Of a stretch of 64,000 bases of DNA, positions 21,095 to 53,062 are shown piece by piece. Under the pieces are notes generated by a model. That model worked only from the letters and a program-made list of their open reading frames with translations, ran no database searches and had not been told where the DNA came from. The stretch lies in assembly GCA_030141605.1 (NCBI GenBank), contig JAQGDQ010000002.1, forward strand, positions 1,550,001-1,614,000, in the 5' to 3' direction. Each line of letters begins with the position of its first letter. Position 1 is the first letter of the stretch. This stretch comes from Tubiluchus corallicola. Lineage: Eukaryota; Animalia; Priapulida. The translations under genes were made by a program, and so were the position numbers.

Positions 21095-24000
21095 GCAGCA
21101 ACAATGTAAAGCAATCACGTACGTTTGTTCATTGAACACTGAACAGGAAAATCTGACTACTTAGTTTTAATTACTATATAATATGTATAAAGTGGCTTCC
21201 TAACATTCTCTGTTATTACTCACGAACAAATCAAAGTATTATTACTATTCCGTTTAGTGTAACTATAATAACGTTTTATCAATTTTTATAATTTTGATTT
21301 TAAGCAGACGTTTTTTTCCTGTGTTGTCTTACTTTCTTTTTCTCCGATCGACTGCTTAATTATTATTGACTTCACTGAAGTAATTTACTCGTTTTCAGCA
21401 GCCCAAGTCACTGATATGAAATTACAGTAATTACGGTAATCAATTTCTCTCTTTACTCAAAGTTTGAAATAATACTTACAAGTACCTTCAGTTTAATTAC
21501 ATTAATAATTGATGTTAAATTGCTGTACAAACCTGAACCCAACTATAGGTGCAGTCTCGGAGGAGCTTGTTGTAATGACGTCATAGTTTCTTCACTTCAT
21601 CATGCTACGCAGTTTCCAAGCGGCGGTTGCTATCACAATTAGGCGTAATTATTTTAATTACAAAAATGGATATGTTTGCCAGTTTTGGTAATATTATTTC
21701 CGGTAGAAAAACCAGTTTACAAAACGTAAAGTGTTATGTATTGACAGTAAGCAATCAAGTACGTAAGTAGACTACATAAAAAAGTAAACACGTAAGAAGG
21801 CTAAGGAAACAAGCAAGTACTTGAGTACTAAGTAAGAAAGTATATAAGTACGTAAGTAAGTCAGTATGCAAGTATTAAATAAGGGGCTTATATTTTCCTA
21901 AAGATTTTAACATGTACAATGTTTGACACTGAAATTAAGGTTTGACCGGAAAAAAGGACGACGAACGACCATAACGGTCACCTAATCAAACCGCGTACAT
22001 CCTTAAGATAAATGATAAATTTGCAGTGTTGAATGGAGCTATCAAAATAAACGAATAATTTTATGCAAGCAAAAGGAAACAAATAAGCGCAATAAAATAA
22101 ATACAACATAATTGTGACTAACATAAAAGTAGCAAAAGAAAGTGAATGAATAACAAACTAATAAACTTATAATTGGAATCAGTCTAGGTAAACAATTGTA
22201 CACACAAAATCAACGTATTTACTGTTCATGATTAGCATAACTGAAAAAAATATTTAATTGATTGTGCCTCAGAACCAATACGTTTAGGTGTATAACTGGA
22301 GTTTCAGACTAAGCAAATAATTTTATTTACACAAAATCAAAAATAAGCAAAGCAACGTAAAAGTAGCATATTATCATTAATATAAGTACACATAAATAAG
22401 CAAGAGAAAATTGATCGAGCACGCTCGATGAAACCTACTGATAAACGACAATGTGGTCAACAAATTGCGGTTAATAAATCATTGTAGCGCGATACTTGCT
22501 TATATTATACAAACAACAGTTTCTTATTCCTGTAAGTTGTAACTGACTTACATTAGGAGGCCAAGGAGGGTTCTGTGCACTCATCATACAATTTGTGGGT
22601 TTTTCTATGAATTGTGTCCTGAAAGTTCAGAGTTATAACTTGGAAAATTGTCTTCATTCATAATTATGTTATAACTGTAATACATAACTGTAACTATAAC
22701 ATAATTATGTTATAACCACACACCACACCTATGGCATAAATTTTGGGGACTGCGACTTCTATGTTGAAGCCAAAACCCACTTACCGCAAATCACCAAAGA
22801 AACCAGCACAAAGATGACCATTATGGTCGCTAGTTATGCAGACCGTATCAGTTTATTAGAAACTATATAAAGATTAAAGCAAGTTTTCTAAAAACAACGA
22901 CGCCATAAAGTAAGGCTGTGTGATTGAAAAACAGTTTGCGTGGTTCCTATGGGGCTAAGATTTTTAAGCTAGAACTGAGGATTTATTATTACTGTGGCGG
23001 ATATGAGAATAGAATTTTTAAAATGGAAAGGGAACGTATCACTAGTAAACGACTTAAAACGGGGAACATATAGAACCGCAAGATTTTACAAATTTCGTTT
23101 ATCATATTTCTTGTATTTCATTCAAGCAAATTGTTCGAGTAGCAATCAAGAAAATGTAATTTAGCCAGTTACTTTTTTTTCTTTTGGAACATCTTCGGAA
23201 GTCGGCTTATACTAGTCACACACACACAAAAATCTGTATGCAGCAGTCTGTGCATTGTACGCTTTAAATAAACAGCCTTTTTGTAAGGGTAACCACAGTA
23301 AATATTACATTTTTCTAGATGACACATGGCAAAGTGGTTGGTTTTTATTGGTTTGATCTAATTCTCTATGACACCTATTGTTGCACAGAGGACGAATAAG
23401 ACAGAAAATTAATCAGGATTAATTACGAAAACCTGTGTCTACGACATGCAGTAAATGGCGTTTATCGAGCGCTCACACGAACAAATTGTTACACAAAGTT
23501 TTGCCTCGTGTGCAACGGATGATACGTTTTGCCTCGGATGATAGGCTTAGTTTAAACAGTTTTCACGTGCGTTAGTTGTCCAGACAGGTTGGTGTGTAAA
23601 GGTCTCAGAAACAAAGCTTGTGCTAGACTTAGCTTAAAATCTGAAATAATGCACGAAAATTATTTTTGTGAATCAGATATCGCGAGTTTCTATAAACTGA
23701 AAAAAACAGTGACAATGAGTTAAATGATTACGGACATTCGTTTATGCTGAGATATTTTGCTTATTGCATTTAACTTCAAAAGTAAATTTTCAAAATGGAC
23801 TAACAGTAAGTTTGTCCATAAAATTTTTGAATTAAAAGTCAAAAAAGACTAATTAAGCCGCCTAAGCATAAGAAACATCTACATAATACTGTATAGCCTC
23901 GGTAGGCTATACACATTAGACCCATCAGGCGTTTATGTGCTGATAACTATAAGTTTTTATTCCTTAATAACTTATATAAATCGGACTGAAATCGATTGTA

Positions 24001-24597
24001 GAATTATTGTAGGATGTTACAGTTCATGCTTTTCACATCCCTACAACCGCAAATTAAGAAATTTTAAACGCTATTTAAATTACATGCGTATCATTAATGC
24101 AGAAGGCGAATCATAATCAGCAAACAGCGACAAAACTTACAGATGCTATTCTTGAAACTGCTATTTTTCACATTACTGAGCTGTACATATTATACTTAAT
24201 GATGTACAATACATAAACATAGTGAAGACACACTACATGTATTAACTACTACTTCAGTCTAACTTATCAGCAAAATTTATAATTAAGCCTATAAGTCTGT
24301 ATTATCACATATGTAATAAAAAGAGGACCTGCAGTAAAAACAGCTCAGCTTATAGCTGTTTTGACAGTGCAAGATTTTGGACAGTTAGTGTAAAACTTAC
24401 AAGAAAATTGCTTTCAACACTTAGGTTGCAAAATGAATTTTGAGAAAACAGCCTTGTTAAAAGCAGAATAATAGACATAATGGAAAAAAGATTGCAGATT
24501 GCTCATTCTAAAGAAATTAAAGATTACTGTAGAACAGAGTTATTGATGTGACAATAATAATATGATTAATTAAAACTTAATCGCTAAATTGCAACAA

Positions 24598-27500
24598 TCA
24601 ATTTATCATATTGGAAAGAGCAAGACGTGGCACAATATTCATGGCTTGGAGTTCTTGGAACAGTAATTTGCAAGCATATGGTATCCTCAATGAAGAAACA
24701 TTGCGAGATGATTTACAGTACTGACACCAGCCGCAGTATCCAAGGAGGCCACATTGGTTGCACACGTCCACCTCAAAAGCATCACTAGATAGCATAAGAC
24801 GCTCAATCAAAAGCATACTAGCACCATAGCCGATCAGACAGTCACGTTCCATTTCACCAAGTCTTAATCCTCCATCACGAGAACGACCTTCTGTGGGCTG
24901 CCGTGTTAAAACAGCCCTTGGACCTTTTGCTCGAGCATGCATCTTGTCCAAGACCATATGTTTAAGCTTCTGATAATAAACTGGTCCAAAAAATATGTAA
25001 GCACTAAGTGGTTCTCCAGTTATTCCAGAGTACACAAAATCCTTCCCTAAGTAGTTAAAGCCATGTCTGACCAAGTCCTCGCTCACATCAGTTACACGGT
25101 CACCACCAAATGCCGTACCGTAGTGAAATTTACCATCAAGAGTTCCTGCTTTTCCAGCAAGTAATTCCATGAGCTTTCCAACTGTCATCCGAGATGGATA
25201 TCCATGCGGATTCATTATAATGTCTGGACACATACCATAATCATTAAATGGCATATCTTCTTGTTGTGCTATCAGACCACAGACACCTTTTTGTCCATGA
25301 CGGCTACTAAATTTGTCACCAATCTCAGGGCGCCTAGTTTGCCGCATGAGTAATTTTATTAAAAATGCTTCTTCATTATTTGATGTCACCATGACTTTCT
25401 CAACATACGAGTCAGCCGCACCTTTGTAAACAATTGGTACATCTTTATATTCTGTCACTTGTTCAGTCTGAGATTGCAGAGAAGGCTGAGTTATAGTAGG
25501 CATAGACTTGTTTACTAAAATTTGTTTATTTTCAACTCTTTCACCGGGTGCTGCAATGCCGTCACTGTCCAACACGTTATGCCTCCATATGGGTTTCCTA
25601 GTGGTTATATCAATCAATGGTCCCATCACTCTATCAAAAGTCTGATTTGCATATCGTTTCAATGTGCAGTTCTGTTTACGATAAACAAGACACCTACCAA
25701 AACCACGATCTATAGAAGCCTTGTTAACAACTAAAGCATCTTCAATGTCATAACCACTGTAGCTCATTACTGCAACAGTTGCATTTTGGCCAGCAGGCAG
25801 CTTATCAAATCCTATTAAATCAATAGTCCTAGATTTGACAAGTGGTGCTTGAGGATAGACAAGATTGTATAGTAATGTGTCAATTCTGTTCCTCTGATTA
25901 TAAGCTATGGTACCCATAGCCTGTTTCCCCATTGCACACTGGTAGGTATTACGTGGAGACTGATTGTGATGTGGATAGGGAATTAAACCAGCACATACAC
26001 CTAAGATAGTAAAAGGTTCTATTTCTAGGTGAGTTGTATCCTTTGTAATGAATGATTCATAAAGTGCAATGCTCGAATCATTTTCCTCGTTCACGTCTAA
26101 ATATTCAACCAAGCCATCCCTAAGAAAGTCTTCAAATGATCTCAATCCTTGCGACAGCTCATTGATATGCTGGTTTGTCACTCTAGGCTGTCGTTTATGG
26201 ACTATGATATAAGGTCTGCATACACGCCCACCATCGGAAGCAATGTACACGCAACGATGCTCATGACTCCGATAAATTGATATAAACTCGTTAACATATC
26301 CAGCTCTACGAAGAAGTCGGAATGCTGTCACAAGGCGAGAATGATTGCGAATTACGCCAAGAATATTACCATTAAGAAAAACCAGGTAAATGTTGGGATT
26401 ACTTACTTCATCTCCACTTAAAAGATTGATATCTTCTACACCCATGTTATAAACTAATCTCGCGATTGGTCCCTCTTCCATATCAGTAGTGATGTGTGTC
26501 ATTAAAGCCAAGTTCTTCACAAGACCACATGCTTCGCCTTCTGGGGTGTCAGATGGGCAAAGCATTCCCCACTGTGATGGCTGCAATGACCTCGGCCCAC
26601 TGACCTTCCGTGTCTTCTCAAACTGGCTACTGATGCGAGTCATCATTCCCAGACAAGAAATATATGACAACCTACTCAAGACTTGCGTTACACCAGCACG
26701 CTCCATCTTAAATCTTTTCACTGTCCAATTTCCTGTAGAAATAGCATTACTAAGCCCATTTGTTATTTGGTCCTGACGCATGTGCTTGACAATATCAAAC
26801 TGGGCTGCCCTAGGTGCTGGAATAGTTTTATCTGCAATTAGTTTGAGTTCAGCATTGAAATTTTTAAACAGATCTTCAAACAGTAGTGACAATAACTGTC
26901 CAGCTAATTCCAAACGCTTATTGCCGTAATAATCTCGATCATCCATCTTGATGAGTCCTGCTTGTGTTTGTATCACACGGCGTACCATCAGGGCTACATA
27001 AGCTGCTTTCAACTTGAAGTTAAACTCAATTACAGGAACATGAGCAAGTACGGTTCCTGCCAGTAATTCCCGTGCTTCATCTATCTTGCTCTTCCTTTTG
27101 GCAGTGCCACCCCACATGCGTCTTTGTCTGACCTTTGTGCCAATATAACGAAGAGCCTGAGTTTGTGTAAACACTTGTGCTTTATGGCATTCTTCAATCG
27201 AGTGAGAAAACGCTGACATAATACTCTCTTCTGTTCCAACCATTTGTACTATCTCTTGCTCACACTCAATTCCCATGGCCTTGAAAACTATGACAACTGG
27301 AATATCATCACTTAGTGTATTATGTTTCAAATAATATCTGCCACCTTTGACAACAACATTTGTTCTAGATTTGCGTTCATGAGTTGAGCTAGTCACACTA
27401 CAGCCAATTTGGCCTTTCCGGTCACTCTCTACGATGATTCTGTTCTTTGACAGCTGTTCTTGAATTAATATTACCTTTTCGGTGCCTTTTACAACAAAGT

Positions 27501-27984
27501 AGCCACCTGGATCATAAGGACATTCGTTCAGCTTTGCCAATTCTGCCGGTGACTTTCCTGTAAGAACGCAATTTGAGCTACGGAGCATAATTGGCATCCT
27601 GCCGATTGGAAGATTATTACGAATAATTCTTTGGCTGCCACGTGTGTACTCTATATCCACAGTGATTGGGGCAGAATAAGTCATGTCTCTTAAACGACAG
27701 TCATGCGGTGATATTGGTTTTGTTATGTTGAAACTTTCTTCAACATCAGGCATACCAACGTATATGTTCAGGTACTTTAAATAAAAGTTTGGATCTGCAT
27801 CACTAGTGATCTTTTCATTGGCTTTGACGATTTTCTTTATTTCAACATTAACAAAATAGTTGAAAGAATCAATGTGCTGTTTAACTAATCCTTTGACTTT
27901 AAGAAAAGCAGGTAACAACTTCCACTTGTCTTCAACCGATTTTATTGGGTCATACACATCATCATCTTCGAGTTCCATTTCCAT
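24598..27984 (-). CDS. POLR3B: DNA-directed RNA polymerase III second-largest subunit RPC2, single coding exon, 1128 aa
   Basis: Uninterrupted ORF with [69 protein letters not shown] and a C-terminal Zn-binding motif. The N-terminus is RPC2-type rather than RPB2-type. Confidence 0.98.
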   Translation of the reverse strand: MEMELEDDDVYDPIKSVEDKWKLLPAFLKVKGLVKQHIDSFNYFVNVEIKKIVKANEKITSDADPNFYLKYLNIYVGMPDVEESFNITKPISPHDCRLRDMTYSAPITVDIEYTRGSQRIIRNNLPIGRMPIMLRSSNCVLTGKSPAELAKLNECPYDPGGYFVVKGTEKVILIQEQLSKNRIIVESDRKGQIGCSVTSSTHERKSRTNVVVKGGRYYLKHNTLSDDIPVVIVFKAMGIECEQEIVQMVGTEESIMSAFSHSIEECHKAQVFTQTQALRYIGTKVRQRRMWGGTAKRKSKIDEARELLAGTVLAHVPVIEFNFKLKAAYVALMVRRVIQTQAGLIKMDDRDYYGNKRLELAGQLLSLLFEDLFKNFNAELKLIADKTIPAPRAAQFDIVKHMRQDQITNGLSNAISTGNWTVKRFKMERAGVTQVLSRLSYISCLGMMTRISSQFEKTRKVSGPRSLQPSQWGMLCPSDTPEGEACGLVKNLALMTHITTDMEEGPIARLVYNMGVEDINLLSGDEVSNPNIYLVFLNGNILGVIRNHSRLVTAFRLLRRAGYVNEFISIYRSHEHRCVYIASDGGRVCRPYIIVHKRQPRVTNQHINELSQGLRSFEDFLRDGLVEYLDVNEENDSSIALYESFITKDTTHLEIEPFTILGVCAGLIPYPHHNQSPRNTYQCAMGKQAMGTIAYNQRNRIDTLLYNLVYPQAPLVKSRTIDLIGFDKLPAGQNATVAVMSYSGYDIEDALVVNKASIDRGFGRCLVYRKQNCTLKRYANQTFDRVMGPLIDITTRKPIWRHNVLDSDGIAAPGERVENKQILVNKSMPTITQPSLQSQTEQVTEYKDVPIVYKGAADSYVEKVMVTSNNEEAFLIKLLMRQTRRPEIGDKFSSRHGQKGVCGLIAQQEDMPFNDYGMCPDIIMNPHGYPSRMTVGKLMELLAGKAGTLDGKFHYGTAFGGDRVTDVSEDLVRHGFNYLGKDFVYSGITGEPLSAYIFFGPVYYQKLKHMVLDKMHARAKGPRAVLTRQPTEGRSRDGGLRLGEMERDCLIGYGASMLLIERLMLSSDAFEVDVCNQCGLLGYCGWCQYCKSSRNVSSLRIPYACKLLFQELQAMNIVPRLALSNMIN

Positions 27985-27989
27985 TTTCT

Positions 27990-28740
27990 TTCTCTATCTT
28001 GAATAATCTTCAAAAATCACACATAAAATAAAATCACGCTGCACTGAAAGCTGACATGTTGGAAAAAAATGTATGGGTAACTAAATTTGCTATGCCTTTT
28101 TTCTGCTAAAACATAGTTCTTTTGATAAAAGTTAGTAAATTTGTAGTACAGAACTGCAATACGTTATTATTGTTATTTCTGACGGTTAGTTAGCTATGAG
28201 GCTAATATTAGAGGAGACTTTATATTTTATACCCGTCATACATTTTACGGCCTGCTTACGTTTTCGTATTTTGGTACAGTAGGCTAAAAAGCGTGCTGTC
28301 ACTGCGTGTGTTAGCGGTAGTCTAAATAATGCGTCTTTTATTGTCATTCTGTGTGTCATGCAGCTAACTTTTGTAGTTAGCCAGATGTAATAAAAACTAT
28401 ATTTTTCAAGCCCTGTGAGTACTAGAGAGAAGTCAATATAAAAAATTCTTAGATTTCCTAAGTCATTATTTTGGAGAGGAGCATTTAGTACGAATTTGGT
28501 AAGCAGTGATATGACGTTACTTTCATACTGGCATTTTATTGTAGTTTCATAACGTACTAAGTTATACAATAAAGTTATGTCTTATTTATTTTCAGTTATG
28601 ATCTCTCTTTATATTAGTTTATAATAGAAATTAGAAGGTAAACAGTTGTAGTTTTGTTATAACTTCATTTTATAATAATGTTGTAGTTTAATTATCACTT
28701 TTAGGTAAGACAAGATTAATGATTTCGTTATTTTGCAGAA
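27990..28740. promoter_or_regulatory. Probable bidirectional promoter region of POLR3B/NVL
   Basis: Divergent start codons 772 bp apart with a local CpG-richer patch at about 28180-28335. Confidence 0.5.
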
Positions 28741-28756
28741 GCAAGCTAAATCGAAC

Positions 28757-47941
<19,185 letters not shown>

Positions 47942-49459
47942 CATCTTTATATTATGGAGAAGAATGCTAATCAGTTCGAGGGATGTGCATGCAACTCACT
48001 ATGTGCTTTATAGCTGAAAGTGTGTGCATAATGGTGTTCTACAGCGACATTATGGAGTCTTTTGAATTTTGCGGTTGCGGCTAACTGGAGTAGTTATAAA
48101 AATGAGGTGGCACAGTTAGTTTGCCTGTAAAAGTTTTATACAAGTGTAAAAAGATGATAAAAACTACTTACAGTGGTATATTGAGTTTGGCACATCTATA
48201 AAATGCGTATATTAACACTTATTTGGCAAAAAACTAAACCTTTTGTGGCACTCTTGCCATAATTTACCTTTTTTGCAAGGAGTCAAAAAATAAAAGTACT
48301 GTGAATACTGGTTTGGTAGTGAAAAAAACTTATGAAAAAAGTTTGTGTTGCGATTGTATTATTGCTTTTGTATTTGTTATTTTTGTATTCTAATTAGGTG
48401 AATTTATTTAAAACTGGAAGTAAATAATGTCAGTTAATATGGTAATGCTTAGTGTCCTTATTTATTATTTAGTATCATTATTTAGCATTGCCACCATTAC
48501 CACTTGCTTACCATATTTAACATTAATTAACTGCAACAGTTACCATGTATTAATAAGCAATATTGTAGACACATAAGAGCATTGATGCACTTCGATTTAG
48601 TGTATCAAAAGCCAAATGAAGTTATTTGTGTTTTTCTCAGTAAATGGCATATTGTACTGAACTGTTGAGTTTTTATATTGCTTGCAGTTTCTGCATAAAA
48701 TGTAGGCTTAGGAATTACTTTGGCGTAATGAGGAAGTAATTTGACTGCCATGTTGTATTTAAGAATTTTGGCTAGGTAATTTATTCATCATCGCATGGCT
48801 AATACATTTCTTCCAAATTTAAATCATCGTTAGACCCATAAATTGTCACTACAATTAATAACAACATAACTCCAAATTTGTTTTAAGAAAATACAATTAT
48901 TGTGTTTTCATTATAAGCTAATCCTTCTGGTTATAGAATAAAACAGTGACTTTATTAGCAATACAAAATAAAAAATGCATAAATGTAACTTATCTTGTCC
49001 ACTTGCTGCTAAAATTTAAACATTTGAAATTAAGCCATGCCATTAAGCCCCGTCTGGCTATTTTCATAATAGCTTTTTAGCTTTTATTTTCATTATTTTA
49101 CTCATGCACATTACTTACGTCTGTTAATAGCAATCAATACACTTTGCTTTTGCAGCATGTGAACGTTCACATTACAGCAGCTTTTTGAAAGTGACAGCAA
49201 TATATATGTTGCTATATTAATTTTGATGTGCACTTGTCACCCAAAATTGTATTAGTTATTTGCATTACTAATGCAACTAATCTGTTGAATGCATAGAAAA
49301 GATTTTGCTGTCAGTTGTTGCCAGTTAAAAGCTATTCCAGTTTGCACTCTCCGATAGTTCCTAGAATTTTCAAAACTCTTTTGATAACTGTCATCATATG
49401 ATATTTAGTTGCTCAACTTAGGAGCTAGGATTTAGTGAGGCTACATTATTCTGCGTACA

Positions 49460-50392
49460 ATGGATATGTTAAGTAACTCGACATTATTTAAGAAAGTAGA
49501 ATTAAATACGAATGAACTTTCAATTGGCGATTATGTTCGTGTGATACTTCTTGTTAGCTTAGTTTTATTTGCAATACCGGCAAATTCGATCATCATAATT
49601 GTTACAATTAGATTTCAACAGTTGCATTGTTGCCGACATTACGCTATGCTATCAGTAGCAAGCATCTCACTTTTGTGCTCGTGTTTTGTACTTACAGTTG
49701 ACATAATTCATCCCTTTTGCTGGTCTTTGCGTTTTATTTCTGCTGCGTGCAACATTTGGTGCTTTCTTCACATGGCTGTGGTCATATTTCGAGCTGCTTT
49801 TTATTATCAATTGAGTGTTCTGTGTTGGGAGCGTTATGTAGCAATCATTCATCCTTTGAAATATCACCAGCTCATCTCGGCACGACGAATACTATTAGCA
49901 ACTTTTATATCACTTGCTCTTGGAATTATTTTCATGCTTGTTATGGCCTGGCCATTTTCAAATTTTGGACACTGCTTTTCAGAGGCTGTCGTCGATTCTA
50001 CAGAGACCTACCGACTTACGAGTCTCTACGCGCTCCTAGGTATCACGCCATGTACGTGTTATGCGTTAGCCTACCTACGTATTTGGTGGGAAACCAGCAA
50101 AATGGTGAAGAGAATATCAGGCGAAGAACTATCCAGTAACTACAGCATTGACAAACATCGGGCTACCATTACACTGGGTCTTATTCTTGGTAGCTGGCTG
50201 GTGACTGCTTTGGTAGGTTCTACTGTTATGGTTACTGAAGGAGTATGTGATTGTCTGCCAAGGTGGTTGATGAATGTAAATGGTTTTCTTCAAAATGCTT
50301 GTTATGCTTTTGCACCGATGATTTACACTTACAGACTTGGTGAATATCGTCGTGCTGCATACTCACTTCTAACCTGCAGAAGTTTTCATTAA
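49460..50392 (+). CDS. Intronless divergent class-A GPCR, 310 aa, tandem paralogue of 46502-47434
   Basis: WERYVAIIHPLKYHQL, SIDKHRATITLG, APMIYTYR and EYRRAAYSLLTCRS correspond closely to the first copy. AATAAA at 50402-50407. Confidence 0.9.
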   Translation: MDMLSNSTLFKKVELNTNELSIGDYVRVILLVSLVLFAIPANSIIIIVTIRFQQLHCCRHYAMLSVASISLLCSCFVLTVDIIHPFCWSLRFISAACNIWCFLHMAVVIFRAAFYYQLSVLCWERYVAIIHPLKYHQLISARRILLATFISLALGIIFMLVMAWPFSNFGHCFSEAVVDSTETYRLTSLYALLGITPCTCYALAYLRIWWETSKMVKRISGEELSSNYSIDKHRATITLGLILGSWLVTALVGSTVMVTEGVCDCLPRWLMNVNGFLQNACYAFAPMIYTYRLGEYRRAAYSLLTCRSFH

Positions 50393-51325
50393 TTAGATAA
50401 CAATAAATGTTGAACTCTCAATCTTTAACCTGATGAAGTGTATCTTAATTGAAGAACAATGAGTTCGATATCTTCACTTGCTTAATATACAAAAATTTTC
50501 AAATTTAGTTTGCAGCGTCAAAGTCAGTGTTTACATGTTCTTAAATGAAAAGTCAAGAGTCAAACAGTTTTTAGTACATTTTATTAATGAAATTATCGCA
50601 TAATGAAAAATTACTGTACTTAACAAGTACTCTTCCGGGTATCATGCCGACTTCAAAACCGCATTCAATTCCACGAATAAGTGGCGAAGTACTACTTTCA
50701 GCGGTTAAGTCGAGAAAAAATACTTTGTCAGTAATTCCCTGTGCACATACTTAACAGATCTGATCGCTCATTACGAAGTCCTAGCGTAACAAGAATAACA
50801 AAGCGAGTAAGTACTAAGCAGGCTACTTGGCACCAGACCAGAGCTATGACCATTACAAAAAAAAAATACAAAAGAAAATCATAAATATTCTTACCATCAT
50901 CCCAAACGTGTATGGCTGCCAAATGTTCAAAAATTATGACGTAAACTGGCCAACTTTCTTGCTTTTTTTGAGCGTGTCACTAAAAATAATGCAACTTCAA
51001 CCAAACTTTTTGGTTTTCTTATTTAACATTAGGAATTTATTAGTTCATTTTTTAATGTCGGTGCGCTCACTGACCTGCAGCATACCATTGCTAAATCTGA
51101 AGAAGTTTTTAATTATCATTAAACCATTAACAATATTACAGTGTTTGCTCTGACACTTTTTAATTGCTTCATTCACTGATAACGTTTAAGTTGCACGCTT
51201 TAAATGTTATAGGCAACGATGAACCAAATAAATAGTCTAAATAAAAAAACGGTTAGTTTTTTAATTGCAAAATTGACTAAATACAGTTCAACTGCTCTAT
51301 AACTCGAGACACTATCACGTTAAAT

Positions 51326-51352
51326 TGCACTATAATGACCAGCAGATGGCTC
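51326..51352 (+). promoter_or_regulatory. CTCF-like binding motif
   Basis: CCAGCAGATGGC core at 51339-51350, preceded by TGCACTA, which resembles the CTCF upstream module. Confidence 0.45.
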
Positions 51353-52721
51353 TGTGCACTCATTTGGATTGTTTGGTTTCATCTAACCTTTCTGAACATA
51401 GTTAAGTCTAGGTTTTCGAAATACCTTTACCAAACACCAATCATTTCATTGCTACCGTGCCTAAGGCAAACTGTCTAGATTTAAAAGAACATCATTTTAC
51501 TTTTACTTATCCGAAACATTAAAGATAATGTTATACAATTTTGTGAAATATCATTAGTTGAACAATTCTAAAAACAGATCTCAAAACTTTCAACTCGCAA
51601 AATTCATTTGGAACTACCACATCACGCACACATTGTCTCATAGGTTTAAAACTTTATTAGATTGAGAAAATTGCATTTATTAGCACTGGGATCTAGCAGA
51701 TTCTATTATTAATTTGGACTTTACCACTACCAATTGTATTACAATACAATGTTATGAAGCTTTTCTGTTTGTTTTACTTACACGCCTAATTTTGAACAAA
51801 CTGAGTATGGAATATGTGCGTACCTATGATGACTATTACGCTTTTTGGAAACCACTTTATCTAATTATTCTAATCAAACTGAAGCACTTAAAAATACTGT
51901 ATATGGTATCAGCAGATGAGGGCAAATCAGAACCCTTGGGTGATTTGTTGGTTCACTTATCTATTTTATTTTCTAAACTTAGGCTCTAAATATGTTCACC
52001 TATGCATGATATCACCAAGTACAATTTTAACCACAAACCGCGAAACGCCTGTTCTACCGTAAACCTGCACATTTATTGCCTTTCCTTCTGAGTCGTCTCC
52101 CCCAACTTAGATGTGCCCCAGCTGTAATAGGCGCCACCTTCAAACGCAGCGCAGCATCACGGTGTGTTTTCGCAGGTAACAAAAATCGTTTGATCGCGGC
52201 GATGCCTTTAATATCGTCAGTTCCTTTGCAAAACAAACGTTCGATTATTCAGTACATGTTGTAGGGAACAAAATAAACTCTCCAGTGTTGTGATTCCGGA
52301 ATGATAGACCAGGATCAGTATGAGAAACGATGGGTAGATAGTGGATAAATATGGAGTGTTTGTTGTGCTATTGAAGCCTGGCAAAACACGGGAGTCACGA
52401 TTCTTTTAGCTGTTGATAATAATGTCCATTTTCATCCCTAAATTACGCTTTTGAGTGGAGCGTGGACGTTGACGAAGGACAGTAACACAAACAAAACACA
52501 TGATTAGTGCAGGCCATGCACCAAGAAACGTCTTGACAGTGCTGGGCTTTCCCGGTTTGAAATATTTTTGTGGTAGTCTAACGTTCTTTACAGACAGCTT
52601 TTCAAAAAATGTGCTAAATAAAGTTATGGAGTATTTGGCTATCTTTCAGTAAATTTCTTTTTCGTTTGTTTGTTCGTTCATCTATTAAAAAATAGCCACA
52701 TGCGGTAAAAATGTAGGGATG

Positions 52722-52978
52722 TCCAGACACGACAGTTTAACGGATAACGCGCCTGCTTTGTGTCTGGGAGGTCCGCGTTCGAGTCCGTGGCGGGGAATAC
52801 CAAAGACTAAAAATGGTACCTGCTGTTACCCTGCTTGGCGCGTGGTATTTAAGGTAAAAGCAGGGTAATAATAATCTTTTACGTAGTTGCAGAGTTATTA
52901 TTTACAGTCGACGACAAGCTCTCTGAGCCTCAGAGCATATGTTAGTTTGTAATCCAAAAGTCAACTTTTAAGATGAAA

Positions 52979-53062
<84 letters not shown>
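52722..53062 (+). mobile_element. tRNA-derived MetaSINE-like element with (TTA)n tail
   Basis: tRNA-like head with B box GTTCGAGTCC, then ATACCAAAGACTAAAAATGGTACCTGCTGTTACCCTGCTTGGCG (Meta-domain-like core), ending in (TTA)n at 52979-53062. Confidence 0.75.

Noticed and set aside
22655-22716. 20-bp palindrome TATAACATAATTATGTTATA with ATAACTGTA repeats
   Set aside because: AT-rich and low complexity; likely chance or a MITE-end remnant.
25522-26776. Plus-strand ORFs within POLR3B, and antisense or alternate-frame ORFs over the NVL, CRLS1 and GPCR exons
   Set aside because: Shadow ORFs of real coding sequence with no independent motifs.
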